DNA of 64,000 nt from Calditrichaceae bacterium (GCA_050173015.1 JBFXLE010000003.1:160001-224000), one strand, 5' to 3'; numbered from the stretch's first letter, positions 50,194-61,039 are shown. The notes: generated by a model not told the origin, from the sequence alone. Program-made: numbers and translations.

Positions 50194-51126
50194 CTAAAGT
50201 GAATCATCGACCATTGCCTTTAGCAATCCATAGCGGATACCCCGGTCGCTGACATTAACCGTATCTATTTTCCTGAGCTCAAGCATGGTCAAATAAATGA
50301 GTAACCCATAGAGAATGACGTCTTCGCGGCCTGATTCAAGACCCGGCAAATTTTTACGTTCTTCGATGGTCATCCCGTTAAGCGTATAGAACATCTTCCA
50401 TATTCCGTCTCTGCTGAGTCTGTACCCGTTAATTTTTAACGGATCGTACTCAGTCATTTTCTCCCGGATGGCGGCAATCGATGACATTGTGCCGCCGGTG
50501 GCCACAAAGTTTATATCACCCTCTATATCCCCGAGAAAATTCAGCTCTTCCATTTTTAACTTTATATACGCGATTGCCTTTAGTCGGTCTCCACTGCATA
50601 GCGTATCTTTCATGCCCATAATTTCTCTCAGCGTGACAACACCAATAGACAAAGATTGATAATTATGAATTCGGTCTTTTTCTCCCAGGGTCACTTCTGT
50701 ACTTCCGCCGCCCACATCCATGACCAGAATTTTATCATTCACATGCGTCAGCCCGTCCAGCACTCCAAGATACCCGTATTTTGCTTCATCTTCGCTGCTG
50801 ATAATCTCGGTTCTAATCCCTAATTCCTTTTCGACCCTTTGCTTGAAATCTTCGCTGTTTGATGCTATTCGCAGAGCCGCGGTAGCGATTAGTTTCACCC
50901 GCTCCGGTTTGAATCGCTTTATGATCCTCAGATACTCGTCCAACACTTTGATCGTGCGATTTATCGCGTTGTCCGCTAAGCGGCCGGTTAACTGTAATCC
51001 TTCCCCGATTCGTGTTACTCTGAATTCATGATGCAGAGCTTCAACCCGCTTATCAGCAGCGATCTTCCCGATTAACAGTAAGACTGAATTTGTTCCCAGA
51101 TCTATGACCGCGTATGTCGGACTCAT
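50194..51126 (-). CDS. Ppx/GppA phosphatase (single domain)
   Basis: IDLGTNS, ATAALR.ASN, DVGGGSTE motifs. Confidence 0.93.
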   Translation of the reverse strand: MSPTYAVIDLGTNSVLLLIGKIAADKRVEALHHEFRVTRIGEGLQLTGRLADNAINRTIKVLDEYLRIIKRFKPERVKLIATAALRIASNSEDFKQRVEKELGIRTEIISSEDEAKYGYLGVLDGLTHVNDKILVMDVGGGSTEVTLGEKDRIHNYQSLSIGVVTLREIMGMKDTLCSGDRLKAIAYIKLKMEELNFLGDIEGDINFVATGGTMSSIAAIREKMTEYDPLKINGYRLSRDGIWKMFYTLNGMTIEERKNLPGLESGREDVILYGLLIYLTMLELRKIDTVNVSDRGIRYGLLKAMVDDSL

Positions 51127-51127
51127 A

Positions 51128-51985
51128 TCATTTTCTGCCTAAAACAAGCGCCATCCACTCTTTACGCTGTTCCTTTTGAATCAAAATCCACCCTTCCTTC
51201 CCGTAGGCTTCCATAATAACATCTTCATCGAGAACAAGTAATCCTGATAAAATTAATTTGCCTCCGGGATTCAGAAATCCGGAAAAACTTGAAGCAAGCT
51301 CGAGCAGCACGTTCCGGTTAATATTTGCCACAATAATGTCAAACCGGTTTTTTCCCACATCTTTCAGCTCGCCGGTAAAGCAGGTAATTTTTTTTGAAAC
51401 TCCATTCAGCCCCGCGTTTTCCAGAGTATTTTCGGTCGCCACATGGTCATTATCGAAGGCTATCACCGGATTCGCGCCCAGCATTGCGCCGTAAATGGCA
51501 AGAATCCCGCTGCCTGTTCCCGCGTCCAGCAGACTCTGATCCGCCCGGAGATATTTCTCGAGCATCATCAAAATAAGCTGAGTGGTCTCATGATGACCCG
51601 TTCCGAAGGCCATTTTGGGTGCGATGGTAATGACTGTCTCGCCGGGATTAGGTGAATAAGTATCCCAATCCGGTTTGATTATAATATTTTGGCCAAGATG
51701 AAATATTTTGAAGCTCTCCTTCCAGGCCTCATTCCAGTCTTCATCGGGCAAGTCGGATATTTCAATCTTCGGCTCACTTTGTTCCGGGAGATTTTCCGCT
51801 AAATATTGCTTAAGCAGATGAAATTTCTCCTGATTCCATTCCCCTGAGTTAAAATAAACAAAAAAATCATTTTCACGTTCAAAAACCCCCTCCGAACCCA
51901 GCGCGAACAGATAGGGAGAAAGCCATTCCAGATTTTTTGGATCCATGATAATTTTTATTTCAAGCCAGTCTTGTTTGTTTTTCAT
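51128..51985 (-). CDS. prmA: Ribosomal protein L11 methyltransferase
   Basis: PKMAFGTGHHETT, D.GTGSGILA, VANIN motifs. Confidence 0.95.
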   Translation of the reverse strand: MKNKQDWLEIKIIMDPKNLEWLSPYLFALGSEGVFERENDFFVYFNSGEWNQEKFHLLKQYLAENLPEQSEPKIEISDLPDEDWNEAWKESFKIFHLGQNIIIKPDWDTYSPNPGETVITIAPKMAFGTGHHETTQLILMMLEKYLRADQSLLDAGTGSGILAIYGAMLGANPVIAFDNDHVATENTLENAGLNGVSKKITCFTGELKDVGKNRFDIIVANINRNVLLELASSFSGFLNPGGKLILSGLLVLDEDVIMEAYGKEGWILIQKEQRKEWMALVLGRK

Positions 51986-52031
51986 TTGCGAATCAAACCC
52001 TGTATATGATTTTTATATGAATCTAACTAAA

Positions 52032-52937
52032 CTATTTTTCGTTGTATATGACCTCGAGCATAACCTGACCGACCGTTTGAAGACTTTCTGAACTGCATTT
52101 ATCAGGCGTATCCTCCCGGGTATGCCAGTAACCGTGATTTTTATCCGGATACTCAAAGTCGATCACATCAATGCAGGGAATTCCACCTTCAATCAGAATA
52201 ACATGATCATCATTGATATATTGTCCGACGCGTCGTTCAAACTGATAGGCGCCGATGCTTTCGGCGGCTGACCATACTTTGTCCACGATATGTGGCGCGG
52301 ACTGTTGTGAAAATCCCTCTATGGGCAGACTTAGATTCGCGTCACCTATCATATCAAGCAGGATTCCGTAACGCGGTCTGTAATTGCCCTTGTTTTTGAC
52401 AAAATGACGCGATCCCAGAAAGTATTCTTCAAGGTGGCCCTCGGGTCCATAGTCCTCGCCGTCAAATAAAATCAAATCAACACCCACTTCCGGCGGATTG
52501 CTCTTTAGGTGATTAGCGATTTCCAACAACACCGCCACTCCGCTCGCGCCGTCATTGGCACCCGGTATCGGGCGATCCTTATCGCCTTTCCGATCCATAT
52601 CGGCAAACGGCCGCGTATCCCAGTGAGCCGCGAGAAAAATTCTTTTACCGGCTTTACTATTATACGACGCGATAATATTTGTTAGCGGAACAGTTTTTTT
52701 GTTTATACTGTCATAATGAATAAATGGCTGTAAAATTACGCTGTCAGCCGTTTTTTCAAGCTCCATTTTCAGATAATTCAGACACTCTTCATGCCCTTTG
52801 CTTCCCGGATTCCGCGGTCCGAAATCAACCTGCTTAACCAGATAGTCAAACGCCCTTTGACCATCAAACTGAGGCAGCGCCTGTGAACAAAATGTAAGAT
52901 TGCCCAACAGGAACAGAAAAAAAATACGCCTGGACAT
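52032..52937 (-). CDS. M28 metallohydrolase, glutaminyl-cyclase-like
   Basis: FGPRNPGS, AHWDTRP, GANDGASG, FDGED, LLDMIG, DDH, WHT..D; export signal. Confidence 0.8.
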   Translation of the reverse strand: MSRRIFFLFLLGNLTFCSQALPQFDGQRAFDYLVKQVDFGPRNPGSKGHEECLNYLKMELEKTADSVILQPFIHYDSINKKTVPLTNIIASYNSKAGKRIFLAAHWDTRPFADMDRKGDKDRPIPGANDGASGVAVLLEIANHLKSNPPEVGVDLILFDGEDYGPEGHLEEYFLGSRHFVKNKGNYRPRYGILLDMIGDANLSLPIEGFSQQSAPHIVDKVWSAAESIGAYQFERRVGQYINDDHVILIEGGIPCIDVIDFEYPDKNHGYWHTREDTPDKCSSESLQTVGQVMLEVIYNEK

Positions 52938-52965
52938 GTCATCACTCCTTAAACTACAGAATCAT

Positions 52966-55900
52966 CTAATCCCTGATCGCTATATTTACATTCATTCCAA
53001 ATTCACTATGTGTATAGGTACCTGAAATTTTGTTTTCAGTAGCTCCGGTTTCGAAGAATAAACTGCCCTGTACTTTGGTATTAAAGCGGTAGCTTGCCGA
53101 AGGTCTCAGCTTCCAGGACTTATTATTTTGTTTCTCTTCAAAATTATCCTGATCGAATTGTTTTTGGAATGTTGTATTTTGTGAACGATCAAAAGTCAGA
53201 CTAAAATTCACTTCATTTTTAAAAGATTTCGATTTGAACGGCCAGATCGGTATCCTGAAGCCGGCTGTTTTCGCGTAACTCATTGTGATTGTAAGCGAGC
53301 TTGTTTCCGTTTTTGTCGCGCCGGCGCCGGAATTATAAGAGTAACTTGTACTTTCGGTACGTCTGATATTTCCGGAGACTCCCCATACCGTGCGGATGTT
53401 AAATCCGACTAATGGCTGCCAGTTACTGCTGAACGATTGAGACGTAGGCACAAAACTGCCGTCCAGCTTAAGAGATTTGTTTTCTGTGTATTTCCCGGAA
53501 TGTCCGTGATCAACAGTCACGGATTGAGCAAATGTCGGGAAAAACAGATATTTCTCCACGCCTGACACCTGCACATTCCAATCCGGTACAAACCGGCGTA
53601 AATCGGCATTTAATCCTTTAAAATCTGTAAGTGGATCATCACCCAGCGCCAGGAATGAAATGGACCGGTTTCCCGACCGGTTATTTCCGTAATCTGAACT
53701 TGATTCCGATTCTGAAAAATCATGATTGAAGGTGGCCTTTATATTCTTAGCAAAATTATAACTTGTGGATGTTCTGATAGAGCGGGTCTGACTAATGCTG
53801 GGGCCTATTAAATTAATTCCGTCATCAATCAAGCTTGAATCCTGGCCGACTCCGGTGCTGGTCGTAAATCCGAACTGATACTGCCAGTCAGGTATATCAT
53901 TCAGATAAGGATTTGAGATATTATCATCTATGGAGTAGTTCATCTGGATGCTCTGCCACGAATCAAAAAACTTGTACAGAAGAATCAATGGATTCGGGAA
54001 ACTTTTTTTGTCATCTTCATCTTTTTTATCTTTTTCGGGATCAGTCTGGGATTGCGGGGTGGGCCGGCCTCTGCCCGCGGTTGTCCTTTTCTTTGCCTTG
54101 GGAGTGTAAATGCTATTCACCAGCGTGCTTGGATTCAGGGTCAGTCCAATACGCTTTCCTACTCTGCTGGTACTTTGCTTGTATTGATAATTATTCGTCA
54201 GAGAATAACTAAAATTCGAATTGTACGAAAAATCAGTTTTCAGCCATTTGATGAGGTTCGGTCTGTAGTCCGCGCCAAAACTTTGATTAATATCGGTATC
54301 AAGCCCGAAATTAAATTTTGTGAAAATCTCTTTAAACATATCTTCGTGTTTCAATCCGACATAATCAGCATCCGCCCGATGTGATCTAGAATAGGTAAAA
54401 TTCAGGCTGTTAAACATCCGATATCCCGAATTAACCGATCTGGTTGAAGAGGTATTTATGGTCCTCTTGTTTTCTGCGGAGGATCTGCGGAGAAGGTCTG
54501 TTTCCACATCCGAAATATCCAGCGACAAATTAATATCATTTGGCGAATAATAGAGTTTTTCATCACTCAGTTTACCAAGAAGCGGAATTCTTTGTGTAAA
54601 CTTAAATGGAGACACAAAGTTATTCTTTCCAAACGGGATTTTATATCTAATTGACTCTTTATACTGCTCCGAGTCATTAAATTTTGTTTCCCAGTCACTG
54701 CTGTGTTTTTTTGAATAATCAAAATCAAGCACGAGTTCATCAACTGTATAGCGATAATACCAGGATTTCGATTTTGATCTTTTACGGATAGTCGTGCCGA
54801 CGCCAAGAACCTCGCTGTATGAGACCTGATCATCCAATTCCGGAGGCAGATCGCGAACACCGAACAAAGATTTCAATTTTTTGTCAAAGGAGTCATTCTT
54901 ATACCCGGTAAGAATATCCGTTCTCGGGAAGTACTTAGGCACATTTCTGCTGTAAGAGGCGCGCGCGTCGATCGGTATGGAGATGTCCCATGCGTCCGGC
55001 AGAAATTTATCCAGGGTGAACGTTCCTGAATAATTTTGTCTTTCGAGGGTATTGCCCCCTCCGAACTGAGTACCGATATCATGATAGTCCGCGTCTTTAC
55101 TTTCCCATTCAGCATTAAATCTTAAAAGATCCGCTAATTTAATATCCGTCTTCAGACGCAAAGCTGTGGCGTTTTCCCTGCGTACCTCAGAGAGACGCAT
55201 TTCATCGAGCCAAATCTCACCTGTAAAACCGAAGGAGTCCTTATTTTTGACACCTATTATAAAATACCTGATCGTGTTAAGGCTCGGAGCGCCCTTTACT
55301 TTATAATAACCTCCCGGAGATGAGCCAACCAGAGCATACTTATTTTCGCTGAATTTTACCTGTGAAAGTTCATCGAGATCGATATCCAGTTGATTCAGCG
55401 TGCTCCATCCCCTGTAAACATCCTGACCGTATTCATAATAGTTGTTGACATCCGATCCGAATCGCAAATAGAACCTGATATTTGAGCTGTCTCCATCATC
55501 CGGATTTAACGGTAGACTGCGATCGCCGTGAATAAACATTTTTAGCCGTTTGTAATTAACGAGCTCCATGGCGCTGTACAATGTTTTTTTTGCTTCAGCC
55601 ACATAGCCGGCCGGGAAATCGGCAAATTTGAGCACAAGCGATTGCTCTTTTGAAATCGCGTCGGTGATGCGGTCACGCTCCCCTGCCACTCCCGGGGGTG
55701 ATGTGTATGGTTCAGGACCACCAGGTATTTCATCAACATTCTCTTCGGTATTATATGTGGCAAGCGTAAAGACGGAATCTGACTTTACAAAAGTCGCGGA
55801 ATCATTTTCGGCGATACCTGTTTCTTCCCACTCATTGCCGACAAAATCAAAAGTCGCTATAAGGATCCTTGTTCTTTCTGCCGGAATATCGCTAACCCAG

Positions 55901-58900
55901 AGGCGCGTGTAAAAAATTTGCTGAAAATCCGGATCGGGATTACCGATTTTCCTCGTAAAATCTTTGAGAGGTATTCTGAATTGCCGCCAGCCTTTTTCAG
56001 TCGCGCCCGCAACCCATCCTTTTGCCTTCAGATCATTCGGATCTAAGGAAAAGGTATATTCAAAATAATCATTAAACAGATTGAGCTGGCCGTCGCCATC
56101 CAGGTCTTCTGTATCAGGATATCTCGCGCCCTGAGCATTACCGTTTCCTTCCGTTCCGTTAATGCCGTCATAAAGGACGCCATCGAAAACATTAGTCGCG
56201 CCGGTTCTTGGTTCATTCCAATTATCAAAGGGATCATCTCCCGTCAAACCGTCCTTTATACCGTCAAGACCGATATCTTCCCCGTCATCCAGCAATCCGT
56301 TATTATTGCGATCTTCTGTATTCAGCCCACCCCGGCTGAACTCGTTTCTTATCGTAGAGCCTTTTTGATACCAGTCTTCAGAAATACGCCCGATATCAAT
56401 ATTTATCGTGCCTTCTGTTCCCTGAACCCACAATTCGATATATTTTGTTTTTTGCTGATCGGCAAAACTGGCCGTCGTACGCATCACCCCCGCCCACGCG
56501 CTATCCGGATCGCTGGCCGAATCACGCCAGTATTCTAATCCAAGCACATCGGTTGTCTGTCCCGTTTGCGAGTTGACATCCCGGTCGGGCCAGATGTCCT
56601 GAATGGCGACCTGAGTGTACGGATTAAACCAGACAAGCCGAGACCGGGCATTATTCACAACCGTATCTATCTGTGTGACACCTTCGCCCAAATTGGGTAA
56701 AACCACCGGCGGGCTCGCCATTGTCCATGTCTTATAACGGATTCCGAGCGTTGTAGTCCGCTTGCTTGCTTCGAAATCGTCAATATAGGCGACACCATCT
56801 TTATCGCCGGTACTCTCGTTATTAAGAGTATTCGGATCTGGCAATACCTGAGCAAACTCGGTCTCTATATTAACATATGAGTCTTCATTCGTTTCAACAA
56901 GCGGAATAGCATCCACCATTTTTGTCAAAAAACGAGGCCGGAATTTAAACGCCGCGTTGATATCCCAGACCAGGTTTCTGAAAGGTTCCTGACCTACACG
57001 AACCCGCTGATCAATGGTCGATTTATTTAAGTACAGCCCTGTAAATCCTATAAATGAGTCATCCCAAAAACGATATTCAGCGCGTCCTCCGAGAATGGTC
57101 TTTTTATCCAATTGAAACAGGTTTGCGCGTTCATATTTTATTTCTATATTTGAGCTGCTGCGCTTAGCTTCATCCGAAAGCAGAGTTAGCTGACCACTGA
57201 AATAATCGATCATATAATCCATGTCCCTTTGCAGCGATCGCCCATTTAGCGTGACAACTTCACTGCCCTCCAGCACATAAAAACCAAGATCATAAGTTGA
57301 TCTTGTACTCTTGGAGGTAACAATCATTTCAAACTTACTTTGCGTAAGCAGTTCCTGTGTATTCGTATAGCTCGTATTGTATATGTCAACTTTATATTTT
57401 TCAGGAAGAGATTCAACTTTAAACGGACTTCCTTCATCCGGATTGTATGGTTTTAGTGACGGGAAAATAAGGACACCGTCAGCCGGATATGTCGTATTCG
57501 GATTCCAATCGGCTTTCTCATCACCGCCTTCAATCGAATTACCGTTTTCATCAGCCACATCCAGTCCCATCAGGTTCAGAAAGGAACGGTCGATTCCTTC
57601 CGGATAGGCTTCCTGATTACCGGTTACATTGTACTGTATTCTCAGATCAAAGCCTTCACGTTGTATATTGCTTCCCCCAAGAGAATAGACATTGCGCATC
57701 ATAAGCGGCCAGGTATCCGCGTAAACATCTGTAGGCTGCATTGCCCGGGGTTTAATCATTTTCAGGATAACAGACTGACTTGTGTCCGCAAGATCCTCGT
57801 TAAGGGTTCCTACCTTCAGACCATTAGAAGTGGCATAGGCCACCGCGAGTATATCATTTGATTCGACCCCCTGGTTAAGAGTAAAATACCCCCTGTATTT
57901 ATCGAAAGTATAGTCCTTATCTGGGTCAAGACGTTTAAAATATCCCTTATCTGTCCTGCCGTCCACTACCTGAATCGTATCTGTATTCGCGTTTAGATAT
58001 TCATTGGGATTCAGGACAGCCCAGCCGCTTCGGGCATCATTATCGGAAAGGGCGGTCGATTTATAAATATCAAGCTGGCGAAGATCTGTCCCGCTTATAT
58101 ACGTGAACGGTTCATTCCCGTTAAATCCCTTTTCAAACTGCTCCAAATATGATTTATCAACAAAAAAGTATCTGTTTTTAATAAACTCATAATCTTTGAT
58201 CGTAGTTTTGGATTCACTCGCGTTTCCCGATAATTTGAGTTCCTGCTGTTGACCTTTCTCGAGGGAAGCTATTGTCGTGACATAAAAGTTTCCGATTTTC
58301 AGATCGGCTTTCAGACCAAACAACCCCTTGTTTGAACCTCCAAAGATAACATATTTCGTGGAAGGCAGAGATAAAGAAACATTTCCGGCCTCTATTTTTT
58401 GAACTATTTCATCCTCATCACCGTCATACCGTAATTTGAGAGTGTTTTCGATATCTGTCACCGCTTCACTGTTCTGATCAACAGAAACCGTAACTTTTTC
58501 ACCGATTTTACCCTCGACCGTGAATTGTTGTGTCTGATTGAACTTGGGACTAAATGATGTTTTGTTCTCGGACGCGGAAGTTGCAGAACCTGATCTCTTT
58601 TCTGTTCTTCCGGAAAGATCGAATGTGATATTTCCGGTCACGCGCAAACCGATTCGGTCAGAACCGAATATTCTGGTAAAAGTTTTACTCCGGATTCTTA
58701 TGGGGATATCCAGTTTGATCGCTCCAAATTCCTGCTCAGTCTGTTGCCGGAATTTATTCAAAACGGTTTTTTTCCATTGTTCTCTGCGGTCAAACTCAAT
58801 TCTTAAGCGGACATAGGCATCCAAATCGATTACCGCCGGCAGATAAAACTCAACACCGTCCAATGCTTCCATTATCGAGATATACTCTGCCGTGGAATCC

Positions 58901-59166
58901 ATTTTGACTTTCCGGACGTAAGATTTTGGGGCGCGCGCAAAAAAAGTGGAATCGGCGGCATACCCTTCCAACCCGAATAATTCAGGTTCAAACAGAGTTA
59001 CCGTTTTAGGCGGAGGCGGGACCCGAAGCCCCGGCTGGGTATAACCGTTTACTGTGATAAAAAACAGAATACCGGTTAAAATGACGAAGGATAGAAGCCC
59101 ACATCTTTTTTTGTTGCTCATTAAATACAAGTTTCGATCACCAGGAGTTTGTTTTAATAAAGGCAA
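52966..59166 (-). CDS. sprA: SprA/Sov-like giant outer-membrane protein (T9SS translocon-like)
   Basis: About 2050 aa with QFTVEGKIGEK, IVQKIEAGNVSL, GLFGLK, GSEVVTLNG..L....DY.IDY..G, AYIDDFE, IWLDEMRL. Probable ATG at 59121. Confidence 0.88.
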   Translation of the reverse strand: MPLLKQTPGDRNLYLMSNKKRCGLLSFVILTGILFFITVNGYTQPGLRVPPPPKTVTLFEPELFGLEGYAADSTFFARAPKSYVRKVKMDSTAEYISIMEALDGVEFYLPAVIDLDAYVRLRIEFDRREQWKKTVLNKFRQQTEQEFGAIKLDIPIRIRSKTFTRIFGSDRIGLRVTGNITFDLSGRTEKRSGSATSASENKTSFSPKFNQTQQFTVEGKIGEKVTVSVDQNSEAVTDIENTLKLRYDGDEDEIVQKIEAGNVSLSLPSTKYVIFGGSNKGLFGLKADLKIGNFYVTTIASLEKGQQQELKLSGNASESKTTIKDYEFIKNRYFFVDKSYLEQFEKGFNGNEPFTYISGTDLRQLDIYKSTALSDNDARSGWAVLNPNEYLNANTDTIQVVDGRTDKGYFKRLDPDKDYTFDKYRGYFTLNQGVESNDILAVAYATSNGLKVGTLNEDLADTSQSVILKMIKPRAMQPTDVYADTWPLMMRNVYSLGGSNIQREGFDLRIQYNVTGNQEAYPEGIDRSFLNLMGLDVADENGNSIEGGDEKADWNPNTTYPADGVLIFPSLKPYNPDEGSPFKVESLPEKYKVDIYNTSYTNTQELLTQSKFEMIVTSKSTRSTYDLGFYVLEGSEVVTLNGRSLQRDMDYMIDYFSGQLTLLSDEAKRSSSNIEIKYERANLFQLDKKTILGGRAEYRFWDDSFIGFTGLYLNKSTIDQRVRVGQEPFRNLVWDINAAFKFRPRFLTKMVDAIPLVETNEDSYVNIETEFAQVLPDPNTLNNESTGDKDGVAYIDDFEASKRTTTLGIRYKTWTMASPPVVLPNLGEGVTQIDTVVNNARSRLVWFNPYTQVAIQDIWPDRDVNSQTGQTTDVLGLEYWRDSASDPDSAWAGVMRTTASFADQQKTKYIELWVQGTEGTINIDIGRISEDWYQKGSTIRNEFSRGGLNTEDRNNNGLLDDGEDIGLDGIKDGLTGDDPFDNWNEPRTGATNVFDGVLYDGINGTEGNGNAQGARYPDTEDLDGDGQLNLFNDYFEYTFSLDPNDLKAKGWVAGATEKGWRQFRIPLKDFTRKIGNPDPDFQQIFYTRLWVSDIPAERTRILIATFDFVGNEWEETGIAENDSATFVKSDSVFTLATYNTEENVDEIPGGPEPYTSPPGVAGERDRITDAISKEQSLVLKFADFPAGYVAEAKKTLYSAMELVNYKRLKMFIHGDRSLPLNPDDGDSSNIRFYLRFGSDVNNYYEYGQDVYRGWSTLNQLDIDLDELSQVKFSENKYALVGSSPGGYYKVKGAPSLNTIRYFIIGVKNKDSFGFTGEIWLDEMRLSEVRRENATALRLKTDIKLADLLRFNAEWESKDADYHDIGTQFGGGNTLERQNYSGTFTLDKFLPDAWDISIPIDARASYSRNVPKYFPRTDILTGYKNDSFDKKLKSLFGVRDLPPELDDQVSYSEVLGVGTTIRKRSKSKSWYYRYTVDELVLDFDYSKKHSSDWETKFNDSEQYKESIRYKIPFGKNNFVSPFKFTQRIPLLGKLSDEKLYYSPNDINLSLDISDVETDLLRRSSAENKRTINTSSTRSVNSGYRMFNSLNFTYSRSHRADADYVGLKHEDMFKEIFTKFNFGLDTDINQSFGADYRPNLIKWLKTDFSYNSNFSYSLTNNYQYKQSTSRVGKRIGLTLNPSTLVNSIYTPKAKKRTTAGRGRPTPQSQTDPEKDKKDEDDKKSFPNPLILLYKFFDSWQSIQMNYSIDDNISNPYLNDIPDWQYQFGFTTSTGVGQDSSLIDDGINLIGPSISQTRSIRTSTSYNFAKNIKATFNHDFSESESSSDYGNNRSGNRSISFLALGDDPLTDFKGLNADLRRFVPDWNVQVSGVEKYLFFPTFAQSVTVDHGHSGKYTENKSLKLDGSFVPTSQSFSSNWQPLVGFNIRTVWGVSGNIRRTESTSYSYNSGAGATKTETSSLTITMSYAKTAGFRIPIWPFKSKSFKNEVNFSLTFDRSQNTTFQKQFDQDNFEEKQNNKSWKLRPSASYRFNTKVQGSLFFETGATENKISGTYTHSEFGMNVNIAIRD

Positions 59167-59560
59167 TTAACCGTAGCAATAGATGTCTATGGGCTACCTC
59201 TTTTTTATTATACCATAAAAAGTAAAAAATATACGCTGACCAGTCTTTTAATTCAAGTTAAATTTGCTTCCCGCATTGATTGTCTGCTAAATAATACAAA
59301 ATTCTTGATCTTCTGTCATCTAATCTGATCGGCATAAAATCAAATTTATTAAACGGAGGATCTAAAATTTAATTTAAGCGGGAAATTCACCTGCCATATA
59401 CCTATACTTATACTTTTTGAAATCACCGGGTGTCCGTTAAAAATATATATATTTATTCAAAGCCTTTAAAATCAATTAATTAGCGCATAAAGTTAAAAGA
59501 CTTATACGGGAAATTGTTTAGTTTGGATTTTAATGGGAGTTTTCTTAAAATATTAGTCAT

Positions 59561-61039
59561 ATGAAAATACTAACCCGATATATAATTAAAGAACATATAG
59601 GTCCTTTTTTCTTTGCTCTTTCGGTTATCATGTTTATTCTTTTAATGAATTTTCTGGTAAAATACATCGGGCATATTTTTGGAAAAGGACTGGCGATCTT
59701 CACAATTTTTAAACTGATTGCCCTTAATCTGGCATGGATGCTTGCTCTTGCCGTACCAATGGCAACTCTTGTGGCGGTGCTTATGGCCTACGGGCGATTC
59801 TCCGCTGACAATGAAATAACAATACTTAAATCCAGCGGTATAAGCATCTTTAAAATCATGAGGCCTTCCCTTTACCTTGGACTCCTACTCACCCTAATCA
59901 TGGTCTATTTCAGCGATCAAATCCTGCCTGAATCGAATCATGAAGCCCGGAGAATGTTCCAGGCAATCAGGCGAAAAAAACCGACTCTGCAGCTCGAAGA
60001 ACATATATTTTATGATCTTTCCCGTTTTTCATTTGTGGTTGATCAGATTGAAAAGCCCTTGCAGGATGAATGGCTGGGTTTAAACAGCCTGCTTGGACCG
60101 GAGTACAGTAATCCGGATGATCTCGAGCGGCTGCGAAACATTACTATCTTTGACCGCACCGACCAGGGCAAAACAACCACAATTATTTCCGAAGAAGGAT
60201 TTATGGTTTACTCCAGACCGCGGAAATCATTGGTATTTACCCTCTTTAATGGTGAGTTTCACGAGATTGATAATGAGAAACTGAGTGAATATCAGCGGTC
60301 AAATTTCAGCAAACATATCGTTTACATACCGGCTGATGATTTTGAACTTGAGCAGGAAGAGGACAGCTACCGGGGCGACCGGGAAATGAATATAAAAATG
60401 ATGCAGGCAAAAATCGAAGAAACCAGACAGCAAATGAGCGATCAGAAGAATAAGATCGGTGAAAATATTGATAAAAATTCCGAAAACCTCATCCGTCTCC
60501 TAAAAGAGATGGAATCTGATAGCAGCGTGCTTCCGGCCGATAGCGCGATGATTGCCTCCATCGACACGGTAAAATGGAAAATAGCCAACAGGAAAGCTAT
60601 CAATCAGACCGACCGGTATTATCAGAGAATGCGCACCAATCAAAATCTTGTAAAAAATAATGAACAAACGATCAATAAATTCAGTGTCGAGGTTCACAAG
60701 AAAATATCTATCCCGTTTGCGAGTATCGTTTTTGTTCTTATCGGAGCGCCGCTGGGGATAATGGCCAGGAAAGGCAGTATGGGTATCGCAATCAGTATGA
60801 GTATAGGTTTCTTTTTATTGTATTGGGTGTTTCTTATCGGGGGAGAAGATCTTGCTGACAGACGTCTCCTGACGCCCTTTTTCGCCATGTGGGCGGCCAA
60901 CATAATTGTAGGAATCGGCGGGATTTATCTGACATGGAGAGCCATAAAAGAAACATCTTTCATCAACTGGGGGAAACTGCAATCCTTTTTCAAATGGGGT
61001 AAAACGCCGACGCGGAATTCCGGGGAGACAAACTCTTAA
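59561..61039 (+). CDS. lptF: LPS export permease LptF/YjgP family
   Basis: L.RYI.KE, LAVPMA.L, NEIT..KSSG, HKKISIPFA motifs. Confidence 0.88.
   Translation: MKILTRYIIKEHIGPFFFALSVIMFILLMNFLVKYIGHIFGKGLAIFTIFKLIALNLAWMLALAVPMATLVAVLMAYGRFSADNEITILKSSGISIFKIMRPSLYLGLLLTLIMVYFSDQILPESNHEARRMFQAIRRKKPTLQLEEHIFYDLSRFSFVVDQIEKPLQDEWLGLNSLLGPEYSNPDDLERLRNITIFDRTDQGKTTTIISEEGFMVYSRPRKSLVFTLFNGEFHEIDNEKLSEYQRSNFSKHIVYIPADDFELEQEEDSYRGDREMNIKMMQAKIEETRQQMSDQKNKIGENIDKNSENLIRLLKEMESDSSVLPADSAMIASIDTVKWKIANRKAINQTDRYYQRMRTNQNLVKNNEQTINKFSVEVHKKISIPFASIVFVLIGAPLGIMARKGSMGIAISMSIGFFLLYWVFLIGGEDLADRRLLTPFFAMWAANIIVGIGGIYLTWRAIKETSFINWGKLQSFFKWGKTPTRNSGETNS

Noticed and set aside
59167-59560. Long AT-rich intergenic region as a possible ncRNA (likewise 1752-2089)
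   Set aside because: I saw no convincing stable structure, repeat or known RNA motif; it is consistent with promoter DNA.
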